Positions 41,213 through 50,172 of a stretch of 64,000 nt of DNA are shown here, in pieces (the first letter of the stretch is position 1; each line of letters opens with the position of its first letter). The notes under the pieces were generated by a model that saw only the letters and a list, made by a program, of their open reading frames with translations, made no database searches and was not told where the DNA came from. Source of the stretch: Balanoglossus misakiensis. Lineage: Eukaryota > Animalia > Hemichordata. Where the stretch lies: assembly GCA_040954595.2 (NCBI GenBank), contig CM082577.2, positions 20,496,303 through 20,560,302 of the forward strand, written 5' to 3'. Position numbers and translations under genes: made by a program.

Positions 41213-41411
41213 ATTGGCGACGCCCTGCCGGGTGACGTGGCAAAAAAAGGAAGATTTGAAAACTCAACAAATCTTCAAAATACCCTGGAAGTTTGTCTAA
41301 ATAGCACTTATACCAGCACCAGTATATCCAAAGGCGAAAGTATTGAGTCCGGAAGGCACCAAATCGGTCAGATTAAACACGATTGGCAGAGCTCTCGTTC
41401 GACACGTCTGC

Positions 41412-41454
41412 ATCAGACGAGAACCGGCTAATTCTACGTGGTATGGCCGTAGGC
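41412..41454 (-). pseudogene. 5S 5' fragment (nt 1-43) upstream of copy B
   Basis: GCCTACGG...GTCTGAT followed directly by element sequence; A25T substitution. Confidence 0.93.
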
Positions 41455-41712
41455 GAATGATGGTTGGATTTCTCCTACTATAAACCTGAATCCTACACCA
41501 TAGAACACATAGTCCGACTTGGCTAATTTTTGTGGGTAACCGATCGACCTTCCATAGCTTATAAGGCAAGTAGGATAAAAAAATATGGTTTGTTTTGTTT
41601 TGCAAAAAGTGGTTTTAAAATTCAGACACTTGCAGAAAGAGGAACAAACGGACACTTGCGACAAAATATTATCCTTCAGGCTACTCTTTAATGGAAACGT
41701 TGGAAAAAAATG

Positions 41713-41832
41713 AAGCCTACAGCACGTAGTATTCCCAGGCGGTCTCCCATCCAAGTACTAACTACGCCCAACACAGGTTTGCTTCGGTGATCAGACGAGA
41801 ACCGGCTTATTCTACGTGGTATGGCCGTAGGC
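41713..41832 (-). rRNA. RNA5S: 5S rRNA gene (edge block, one substitution)
   Basis: 120-nt 5S sequence; caacacagg variant. Confidence 0.9.
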
Positions 41833-42091
41833 GAAAGATGGTTGAATTTCTCCTACTATAAACCTGAATCCTACACCATTGAACACATAGTCCGACTTGG
41901 CTAATTTTTGTGGGTAACCGATCGACCTTCCATACCTTATAAGGCAAGTAGGATAAAAAAATATGGTTTGTTTTGTTTTGCAAAAAGTGGTTTTAAAATT
42001 CAGACACTCGCAGAAAGAGGAAGAAACGGACACTTGCGACGAAAATATTATCCATCAAGCTACTCTTTAATGGAAAAGTTGGGAAAAAATG

Positions 42092-42211
42092 AAGCCTACA
42101 GCACGTAGTATTCCCAGGCGGTCTCCCATCCAAGTAGTAACTACGTCCAACGCACGTTTGGTTCGGTGATCAGACGAGAACCGGCTTATTCTACGTGGTA
42201 TGGCCGTAGGC
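42092..42211 (-). rRNA. 5S rRNA variant, probable pseudogene (four substitutions in the internal control region)
   Basis: agtagtaactacgtccaacgcacgtttggttcgg versus consensus agtactaactacgcccaacgcaggtttgcttcgg. Confidence 0.8.
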
Positions 42212-42454
42212 GAAAGATGGTTGAATTTCTCCTACTATAAACCTGAATCCTACACCATAGAACACATAGTCCGACTTGGCTAATTTTTGTGGGTAACCGA
42301 TCGACCTTCCATAGCTTATAAGGCAACTAGGATAATAAAATATGGTTTGTTTTGTTTTGCAAAAAGTGGTTTTAAAATTCAGACACTTGCAGAAAGAGGA
42401 AGAAACGGACACTTGCGACAAAATATTATCCTTCAGGCTACTCTTTAAAAAATG

Positions 42455-42574
42455 AAGCCTACAGCATGTAGTATTCCCAGGCGGTCTCCCATCCAAGTTC
42501 TAACTACGCCCAACGCAGGTTTGCTTCGGTGATCAGACGAGAACGGGCTTATTCTACGTGGTATGACCGTAGGC
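42455..42574 (-). rRNA. 5S rRNA variant, probable pseudogene
   Basis: Four scattered substitutions; ~15-bp spacer deletion next to the terminator. Confidence 0.8.
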
Positions 42575-42834
42575 GAAAGATGGTTTGATTTTCTCCTACT
42601 ATAAACCTGAATCCTACACCATTGAACACATAGCCCGACTTGGCTAATTTTGTGGGTAACCGATCGACCTTCCATAGCTTATAAGGCAAGTGGGATAAAA
42701 AAATATGGTTTGTTTTGTTCTGCAAAAAGTGTTTTTAGAATTCAGACACTTGCAGAAAGAGGAAGAAACGGACACTTGCGACGAAAATATTATCCATCAA
42801 GCTACTCTTTAATGGAAAAGTTGGAAAAAAAATG

Positions 42835-42930
42835 AAGCCTACAGCACGTAGTATTCCCAGGCGGTCTCCCATCCAAGTACTAACTACGCCCAACGCAGGT
42901 TTGCTTCGGTGATCAGACGAGAACCGGCTT
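42835..42930 (-). pseudogene. 5S 3' fragment (nt 25-120) downstream of copy C
   Basis: Ends at gaaccggctt followed by a T-run; 42910-42930 is one TSD copy. Confidence 0.95.
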
Positions 42931-43331
42931 TTTTTTTTTTTTATCTTTTATTAAAAAGGACAGGCCCACTGGCTTGCCCTGTTAAAAATAAATTGTACAT
43001 TACAAGTGGCTTGTAATTACAGTGAAAGATTCATATTAAATAAATTCCATAAATTCACAACATGTTACACTACTAATGCAAATCATTACAATATTGATGA
43101 AAAAACATACACCGGAATGAATGCATGTGTAATCAAATAATTCAACATAAACAATCTTTAAATTCACAATATTGCAATACAGCATTCCATCATTTATGTA
43201 AGTCCTACTACAATCTGTCATAGAATTGTGACATACAATTTAATTACAGGAACAATTACTAGTAAAAAGATGGTATGTAACACCAGAGGGCGCCAGGTTC
43301 AACTGAAGGTGACATCATAGACAAAAAGACT

Positions 43332-46300
43332 CTAAAAATTGAAGGTAAAGTCAAAATCTTTTACCGTTACAAGTACATTGTTTTGTGCAAAGATGCTTTC
43401 AAATAGCGCAACATCATCACTTGCTTTGCACCTGTTATATTCAAAAGTGATTTTCTGTTTTAATTTGTACTTAAAGAACTTGATCAAGTCGATTTTCCGA
43501 GTACAACGCTTGTATGCTAATCTTCTACTATGAATTGTATAACGTGAGAGTGTCAATAAAATATTGATCAGCGTGTACTCGTACTTGTCATCCTTGGCAG
43601 TATAACCAAATAACATCATTAGAATTCTATCTGTTGGGTTAAACTTATTTACATTACTGGCACTGTAGATATACGCAAAAACAAGTTGCCACAAGGATTG
43701 AATTGTCTGGCAGCACACAAACAAATGGTACACGTCTTCGGGAAAAAATGTGCAGAAGTCACAAATCGGACTGAGGATTTTGCCTGCTTTGTAAAGACGA
43801 AGATTACTAAAAACAGCGTTGTGACAAATGAGATAATCAAGATCACCCAGGTAATTATCCTTGAAATTTGTGTAAACGATTGGCCAAACCTTACTAAAAT
43901 CAAAGTTAGGCAGGTGGAAAAGCCAATACTGAACACCCGTGGGCACTGTTTTTCTCAGATGCCGAGCTATTGTAGTAATGTGTCTAACCTTAAGAGAATG
44001 GAAAGGAACACGTTGATCATGAGCATTAACAATAAAGAGAGACGGGTTTTTGTCCACTTTGTTATAATCTTTGTGATTACCCTGCAGAATATCATGCCAC
44101 TTTTGAGGAATTGAATTGAGGATAATATGGTACTGCTTCTCAACAGTATTGCTTGTGGGAGTGTCCGGATGGGCCAATGAAACCATGTCACCAATTGCAT
44201 CAACAGGTAGGAACCCAGGAATGACCTCGTATAACAAATCCCTGATTTTGACAATGCCAGCTGAACTGAAAAGTTTTATATTCGCCAGGGGGCGCCCTTC
44301 AACACTTGTAATGAATGGGTTATGAAAAATGGGTTCATTGATAATTTCATCGTAGGAAACTGGTTGTGCACGAAAATACTTGAAAAGATGCGACCAAGAC
44401 TGAAACAATTCCCTGTAGAATATAGAACACTGACGTAAGTTGGTAGGATAAAGTAACATTTTAAAAGTGTCAACACCACAATTGAGATCGAGATACTTAT
44501 TTAAGTTGTAGGTGAAAAACAGCTTGAATTTGTGAACATAATCTTTATCCAGCATTTTACACAACCACTTGAGACGAAGTGCATGCACTTTGTCTTGAAT
44601 ATTTGTGACTTTAAGTCCCCCATCTTGAATGTCGGAAGTGATGACATCATATTTCACCCTGTGATGACCTTTGCTCCAGAAGAAATTACAGATGTGCTCA
44701 TTCAAAATTTGTATGTGTTGCTGAGGCAAAGAAACAACCGATGCCCGGTACCACAGAGTAGACGTAACAAGGGAGTTGATAATGAGGGTTTTCCCTTTGT
44801 AGGACAATTTACGAAATGACCAAGATTTCAGAATTCTACAGATTTTTGGAATGCGCTGAGCCCAATTGAAATCATCAGCAACTGATTTGTCATGACTCAA
44901 CATGACACCAAGAATGACCATGCCATCCGGTTGAAGCTTGACAGGTAAGGGGCAGTCGGTACGCCCTCTATTGTTTCCTATCCACATCAATGCACTTTTG
45001 TTCAATTTAACCTTTGACCCAGAAGCTTTACCATAATCACAAAAGACCTGATACGCTTCGCGGATAGAATGGTCATCGCTAACGGTAAGTGTGGTATCAT
45101 CAGCATGTTGATAAACTAAGGAAGATACAGTACTGCCAGGAATTTGAATACCATGAATGATGTGGTTACGCTGAATAGCGGCATTTAGAGGCTCAGCCGA
45201 CAGCACGTACAACATTGCTGACAGCGGGCACCCTTGTCTGACACTTCGTTTAATTAACACCGAGTCAGACAAAAGCCCGTTAATTTTTACATTACTCATA
45301 ACCTGGTTGTACAGTATGGAAATCCATTTAACAAAATTGTCACCGAACCTGAACGCCCTCAGTGTGTTAAGCAGATACTTGTGATCAACACGATCAAAGG
45401 CTTTCATCTGATCAAATTTCAGAATAGCACCTGGACAGTTACTGGACTCAACATGATGAATGAGATCTCTCATACAGAAAACATTGTCCACAATATCACG
45501 ACCTGGGACACAGCAAGTTTGATCCGGGCTGACAATGGAGGGCATAATTCTATTGAGCCTAATGGCGGGTGTTTTAGCAAGAATTTTGTAATCACAGTTG
45601 AGGAGGGTTATAGGACGCCAATTTTTAATGTAACGGGGGTCACTGTCTGCTTTAGGGATTAAAGTAATAAGACCAGTTTTCCACTCATCGGGGAGAATGT
45701 TATTGGAGAAAATACAGTTGAAAATGTCAAGCAAATCATCTTTGATATCTTCCCAAAAGTGAAGATAAAACTCGTACGGTAAACCATCAGCGCCCGGGCT
45801 TTTATTATGAATACATTTAGAGAGGGCAAAAGTCACCTCTTCTACCGAAAACTCTGAATCGGCGGCAGCGCACTCCTCATCAGAAACAGTATTTGTGATG
45901 TAACCAAGGAAAGTATTTTGAAGTGCAAGATCACAAGGCTTATTGTTATAAAGCTTAGAGTAAAATGTATGAGCTTCTGAGATTATATCAGTAATGTCAG
46001 TGAGAATTTCATTGTTGTCAGTAATTAGTGATTTGATGCATTTTCTTTCCTGCTTAGACTTTTCTAGGTTAAAGAAAAACCGAGTGGATTTCTCACCCTC
46101 CTCATACCACTGGATCTTAGAACGGATTAAGGCCCCCTGGGTTTCTAAGGAAATAATGTTGTCAAGGTCTTCCTGAATGATATGTGCGTTAGTAAGATCA
46201 TAGTCGGTGAAACGGTTAGCTTTGTTAAGTTCCCATTTTAGTTTTTTCTCTAAGGTTTTCTTCAAGTGGCGCCTCAATTTTGCCTGCTGTTTTGCATACT

Positions 46301-47249
46301 TCTGGGAAAATCTACGAATATTATGTTTTAAACACCTCCACCACTGAATTTTATTACTTGTATAATGGAGGTCAAATTTAGACTTTTTAATGATATCCAA
46401 AATATTATTGACATAAACTTCGTCCCTCAAGAGATTTTTATTGAGAGCCCAGACTCCCGGACCACGAGGTGAGTTATGGAAATTGAATTTGAACTGGATA
46501 AGTTCATGGTCGCTATAGGGAAAATGCATGATATGAGAACTTTGACACATGTGGACAATGCTTTCATGTATGAGAGCATAATCAATGCGACTCTGCTGGA
46601 GATTGGCATGCAGATACCGTTGCCAAGTACTTTCTCTGGCGTGAGGATGTTGTTTGCGCCAGATGTCTACAAGGGAAAAGTGCGTGATGAAGTTGAGCAA
46701 ATGTTTCCGAGACGGATCAGCATGGTTTAAAACACTGTTGGATTGATCAAGGTAAGGATTAATTTTAGTATTGAAATCACCTATAACAACATGCACGTAA
46801 TCATCGAGAAAAAAATGGGAAAGATCCTTCCAAAACTGCGTACGGAGATGAGGTTGATTAGGAGAGTAAATGTTGATGATATTAATATTGTGATGAGAAA
46901 CCTGAATTTGCATGGAAATAATTCTTCCAGCAGAGTCGCATCGATGACCAAGAATTTTGACCTCTGACCGTTTTCTCACAAGTATTGCTACCCCTCTCCT
47001 CCTTGCAGGATCTGTACAATTATTATAAAAGAAATGAAAATCTGGAGCAATTTTGTTGTGGATGTGAACAGCGGTGTGATTGTCCCAAAAGGTCTCCTGA
47101 AAACAAATGATGTCATGGTGGCTATTGTTACAGAATTGCAGAACACGATCAAATGTTTGTAACTCAGAAAGACCATTAGCGTTAACTGAACTTATAAGAA
47201 CCATGGTGACAACCAGGAGGAGAGGGCAGATGTTAAAGGTACAATCCAT
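43332..47249 (-). CDS. ORF2p: apurinic-like endonuclease + reverse transcriptase + C-terminal CCHC (1305 aa)
   Basis: APE motifs SVNANGL, CFQET, NIYSPN, IGDFN, SRIDY, SDH; Tx1/L1 linker WYEEGEKSTRFFF; RT motifs KSPGADGLPYEFY, NWRPITLLNCDYKILAK, DQMKAFDRV, VRQGCPLS, QHADD; CDFC-x8-H-x4-C. Confidence 0.97.
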   Translation of the reverse strand: MDCTFNICPLLLVVTMVLISSVNANGLSELQTFDRVLQFCNNSHHDIICFQETFWDNHTAVHIHNKIAPDFHFFYNNCTDPARRRGVAILVRKRSEVKILGHRCDSAGRIISMQIQVSHHNINIINIYSPNQPHLRTQFWKDLSHFFLDDYVHVVIGDFNTKINPYLDQSNSVLNHADPSRKHLLNFITHFSLVDIWRKQHPHARESTWQRYLHANLQQSRIDYALIHESIVHMCQSSHIMHFPYSDHELIQFKFNFHNSPRGPGVWALNKNLLRDEVYVNNILDIIKKSKFDLHYTSNKIQWWRCLKHNIRRFSQKYAKQQAKLRRHLKKTLEKKLKWELNKANRFTDYDLTNAHIIQEDLDNIISLETQGALIRSKIQWYEEGEKSTRFFFNLEKSKQERKCIKSLITDNNEILTDITDIISEAHTFYSKLYNNKPCDLALQNTFLGYITNTVSDEECAAADSEFSVEEVTFALSKCIHNKSPGADGLPYEFYLHFWEDIKDDLLDIFNCIFSNNILPDEWKTGLITLIPKADSDPRYIKNWRPITLLNCDYKILAKTPAIRLNRIMPSIVSPDQTCCVPGRDIVDNVFCMRDLIHHVESSNCPGAILKFDQMKAFDRVDHKYLLNTLRAFRFGDNFVKWISILYNQVMSNVKINGLLSDSVLIKRSVRQGCPLSAMLYVLSAEPLNAAIQRNHIIHGIQIPGSTVSSLVYQHADDTTLTVSDDHSIREAYQVFCDYGKASGSKVKLNKSALMWIGNNRGRTDCPLPVKLQPDGMVILGVMLSHDKSVADDFNWAQRIPKICRILKSWSFRKLSYKGKTLIINSLVTSTLWYRASVVSLPQQHIQILNEHICNFFWSKGHHRVKYDVITSDIQDGGLKVTNIQDKVHALRLKWLCKMLDKDYVHKFKLFFTYNLNKYLDLNCGVDTFKMLLYPTNLRQCSIFYRELFQSWSHLFKYFRAQPVSYDEIINEPIFHNPFITSVEGRPLANIKLFSSAGIVKIRDLLYEVIPGFLPVDAIGDMVSLAHPDTPTSNTVEKQYHIILNSIPQKWHDILQGNHKDYNKVDKNPSLFIVNAHDQRVPFHSLKVRHITTIARHLRKTVPTGVQYWLFHLPNFDFSKVWPIVYTNFKDNYLGDLDYLICHNAVFSNLRLYKAGKILSPICDFCTFFPEDVYHLFVCCQTIQSLWQLVFAYIYSASNVNKFNPTDRILMMLFGYTAKDDKYEYTLINILLTLSRYTIHSRRLAYKRCTRKIDLIKFFKYKLKQKITFEYNRCKASDDVALFESIFAQNNVLVTVKDFDFTFNF

Positions 47250-47251
47250 TG

Positions 47252-48430
47252 TTACTTACTAGTACATTTTTGTTTATCCTTATCCTTTTTTGGCTTTTTC
47301 CGATCCACTAAATTTGGTGTAAAACGTTTTTTCGGTCTGCCTGTGTTGCTGGGTTGAAGCTCAGTGTCTTTAGAGTTAGTGTCTTCCGGTTTGCGACGTT
47401 TAATTTGACAGTTTGCAATTGCCGTTTCATCAATGTCCATTTCGCTATTTTCAAGACTTGGGTCTAACTGTTCAGCGCGTTCTGCTCCTGATGTTTGATC
47501 TTCTGAATTATCCTCTTCTTGATCTTGCTGTTGCTCATCCACTGGTGTTTGCTGTTCTTCAGCTTGATCTTGCAGCTGCTCATTCTCTGTTGTTTGTTGT
47601 TCCCGTACCTGCTCCTCGACCGATGTATTCCGGTCGGTATCAGTGACATTTTGTTCGTTATCAGTTATCATCTCCTGTACATAATTGTTGACAATTTCAT
47701 CGACTCCGCCATCACCATAAACTGTGACAGGACAATCGTTGACTTTGTGTCCACGACGGTGACACCGATAGCACGTTACGTTGGAACACGATCGCTCCAA
47801 GTGGCCCATTTCGCCGCACCGTTTGCATTGGTAATTTGGGCACGAATAAATTAAATGCGAGTCATCTAAACAGTGATTACACACTTTGTGTTGATTTGTG
47901 TGTAAAAGGCGTACATAACAACCATTCGGTTCAAATTTTACCGCGTACGGTAAGGATTTGATCGCCGCGGGTAGCTCGACTTTAACAAAGCGAGTGCCTG
48001 TCTCAACTTCGGGTTCTTCTTCAAAATGTTTTCTTATCACCGGACCACGAATAACGCAACCAAAACTCTCGAGCTTGGCAATAATATCATCATCAGAGGT
48101 GTAAGGAGGAACACCGATGAAAGAAACTGTTAGCAGATTCCTTACCAAGCCTTGAACTTCGACGGGACTACCGTCAATTGCAAAGCCATCAGTCAGTAAA
48201 GTGTCAACATCGGCTTCCGACGCCACAGTAATCTGCCACGCACTGTTGATCTTGACACAGGCAAAAACACTTCCTTCTCCCAGAATTTCTTTTATCGCAC
48301 GAATCAGATTTACTGCTGAATAATCTTCGTCACTGACAGATATCGTATTTTCTTTGACAGATTTCCTTGAAGACGGACGACATAATGGTATGCGTTTAGC
48401 AGCCGAAGACGAGCCAGGCAGGGCAGCCAT
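47252..48430 (-). CDS. Retrotransposon ORF1p, type 1 (starts MAALPG; three CCHC zinc knuckles)
   Basis: First ATG at 48430, shared by all copies; CNHCLDDSHLIYSC, CKRCGEMGHLERSC, CYRCHRRGHKVNDC. Confidence 0.93.
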   Translation of the reverse strand: MAALPGSSSAAKRIPLCRPSSRKSVKENTISVSDEDYSAVNLIRAIKEILGEGSVFACVKINSAWQITVASEADVDTLLTDGFAIDGSPVEVQGLVRNLLTVSFIGVPPYTSDDDIIAKLESFGCVIRGPVIRKHFEEEPEVETGTRFVKVELPAAIKSLPYAVKFEPNGCYVRLLHTNQHKVCNHCLDDSHLIYSCPNYQCKRCGEMGHLERSCSNVTCYRCHRRGHKVNDCPVTVYGDGGVDEIVNNYVQEMITDNEQNVTDTDRNTSVEEQVREQQTTENEQLQDQAEEQQTPVDEQQQDQEEDNSEDQTSGAERAEQLDPSLENSEMDIDETAIANCQIKRRKPEDTNSKDTELQPSNTGRPKKRFTPNLVDRKKPKKDKDKQKCTSK

Positions 48431-48628
48431 ATTGGCAACGCCCTGCCGGGTGACGTGGCAAAAAACGGGAAGATTCGAAAACACAACAAATCTTCAAAAT
48501 ACCTCGGAAATTTGTCCAAATACCACTTATACCAACACCAGTATATCCAAAACCGTAAGTATTCAGTCCGGATGGCACCAAATCGGTCAGATTGACCACG
48601 ATTGGCAGAGCTCTCGTCCGACACGTCT

Positions 48629-48673
48629 TGATCAGACGAGAACCGGCTTATTCTACGTGGTATGGCCGTAGGC
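48629..48673 (-). pseudogene. 5S 5' fragment (nt 1-45) upstream of copy C
   Basis: GCCTAC...CTGATCA followed by element AGACGTGTC. Confidence 0.95.
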
Positions 48674-48932
48674 GAAAGATGGTTGAATTTCTCCTACTAT
48701 AAACCGGAATCCTACACCATTGAACACATAGTCCGACTTGGCTAATTTTTGTGGGTAACCGATCGACCTTCCATAGCTTATAAGGCAAGTAGGATAAAAA
48801 AATATGGTTTGTTTTGTTTTGCAAAAAGTGGTTTTAAAATTCAGACACTCGCAGAAAGAGGAAGAAACGGACACTTGCGACGAAAATATTATCCATCAAG
48901 CTACTCTTTAATGGAAAAGTTGGAAAAAAATG

Positions 48933-49052
48933 AAGCCTACAGCACGTAGTATTCCCAGGCGGTCTCCCATCCAAGTACTAACTACGCCCAACGCAGGTTT
49001 GCTTCGGTGATCAGACGAGAACCGGCTTATTCTACGTGGTATGGCCGTAGGC
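48933..49052 (-). rRNA. RNA5S: 5S rRNA gene
   Basis: Consensus 120-nt sequence. Confidence 0.93.
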
Positions 49053-49320
49053 GAAGGATGGTTGAATTTCTCCTACTATAAACCTGAATCCCACACCATT
49101 GGACACATAGCTCGACTTGGCTAATTTTTGTGGGTAACCGATCGACCTTCTATATAGCTTATAAGGCGAGTGGGATACAAAAATATGGTTTGTTTTGTTT
49201 TGCAAAAAGTGGTTTTAAAATTCAGACACTTGCAGAAAGAGGAAGAAACGGACACTTGCGACGAAAATATTATCGTATCCATCAGGCTACTCTTTAATGG
49301 AAAAGTTGGAAAAAAAAATG

Positions 49321-49440
49321 AAGCCTACAGCACGTAGTATTCCCAGGCGGTCTCCCATCCAAGTACTAACTACGCCCAACGCAGGTTTGCTTCGGTGATC
49401 AGACGAGAACCGGCTTATTCTACGTGGTATGGCCGTAGGC
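49321..49440 (-). rRNA. RNA5S: 5S rRNA gene
   Basis: Consensus 120-nt sequence. Confidence 0.93.
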
Positions 49441-49699
49441 GAAAGATGGTTGAATTTCTCCTACTATAAACCGGAATCCTACACCATTGAACACATAGTC
49501 CGACTTGGCTAATTTTTGTGGGTAACCGATCGACCTTCCATAGCTTATAAGGCAAGTAGGATAAAAAAATATGGTTTGTTTTGTTTTGCAAAAAGTGGTT
49601 TTAAAATTCAGACACTCGCAGAAAGAGGAAGAAACGGACACTTGCGACGAAAATATTATCCATCAAGCTACTCTTTAATGGAAAAGTTGGGAAAAAATG

Positions 49700-49819
49700 A
49701 AGCCTACAGCACGTAGTATTCCCAGGCGGTCTCCCATCCAAGTAGTAACTACGTCCAACGCACGTTTGGTTCGGTGATCAGACGAGAACCGGCTTATTCT
49801 ACGTGGTATGGCCGTAGGC
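49700..49819 (-). rRNA. 5S rRNA variant, probable pseudogene
   Basis: Same four substitutions as the 42092 copy. Confidence 0.8.
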
Positions 49820-50076
49820 GAAAGATGGTTGAATTTCTCCTACTTTAAACCTGAATCCTACACCATTAAACACATAGTCCGACTTGGCTAATTTTTGTGG
49901 GTAACCGATCGACCTTCCATAGCTTATAAGGCAAGTGGGATCAAAATTATGTTTTGTTTTGTTTTGCAAAAAGTGGTTTTAAAATTCAGACACTTGCAGA
50001 AAGAGGAAGAAACAGACACCTGCGACGAAAATATTATCCTTCAGGCAACTCTTTAATGGAAAAGTTGGAAAAAATG

Positions 50077-50172
50077 AAGCCTACAGCACGTTGTATTCCC
50101 AGGCGGTCTCCCATCCAAGTACTAACTACGCCCAACGCAGGTTTGCTTCGGTGATCAGACGAGAACCGGCTT
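50077..50172 (-). pseudogene. 5S 3' fragment (nt 25-120) downstream of copy D; last 5S sequence of the array
   Basis: Ends gagaaccggctt followed by a T-run. Confidence 0.93.

Larger units (their letters stand above)
35375..41411 (-). mobile_element. 5S-targeting Tx1 retrotransposon, copy B (intact 5' end and type-2 ORF1; ORF2 disrupted; 3' UTR deleted)
   Basis: 5' end abuts 5S nt 1-43 (41412-41454); ORF2 pieces match copy C; the 3' end is fused to the 5' UTR of copy A. Confidence 0.95.
42931..48628 (-). mobile_element. Full-length, apparently intact 5S-specific Tx1/L1-clade (Mutsu-like) non-LTR retrotransposon, copy C (~5.7 kb)
   Basis: 21-bp TSD tgatcagacgagaaccggctt at 42910-42930 and 48629-48649; ~200-nt 5' UTR, ORF1, ORF2, ~400-nt 3' UTR, AATAAA and poly(A). 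Confidence 0.97.

Noticed and set aside
48431-48484. ORF1 N-terminal extension (MFSNLPVF...) in the ORF track
   Set aside because: It starts at a non-ATG codon; the first ATG shared by all copies is MAALPG.
29411-48671. Plus-strand and alternative-frame ORFs overlapping ORF1/ORF2
   Set aside because: Shadow frames; they recur only because the element copies are near-identical.
48431-48673. Element transcribed by Pol III from the upstream 5S fragment, or its UTR rebuilding the 5S promoter
   Set aside because: The fragment ends at nt 45, before box A. The UTR has no box C (GGATGGGAG) at the matching position and contains T4-T6 runs that would terminate Pol III.
48431-48673. HDV-like or hammerhead ribozyme at the 5' end, as in R2
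   Set aside because: I could not build the nested double pseudoknot or a CUGANGA/GAAA core by eye. Not excluded without a covariance-model search.
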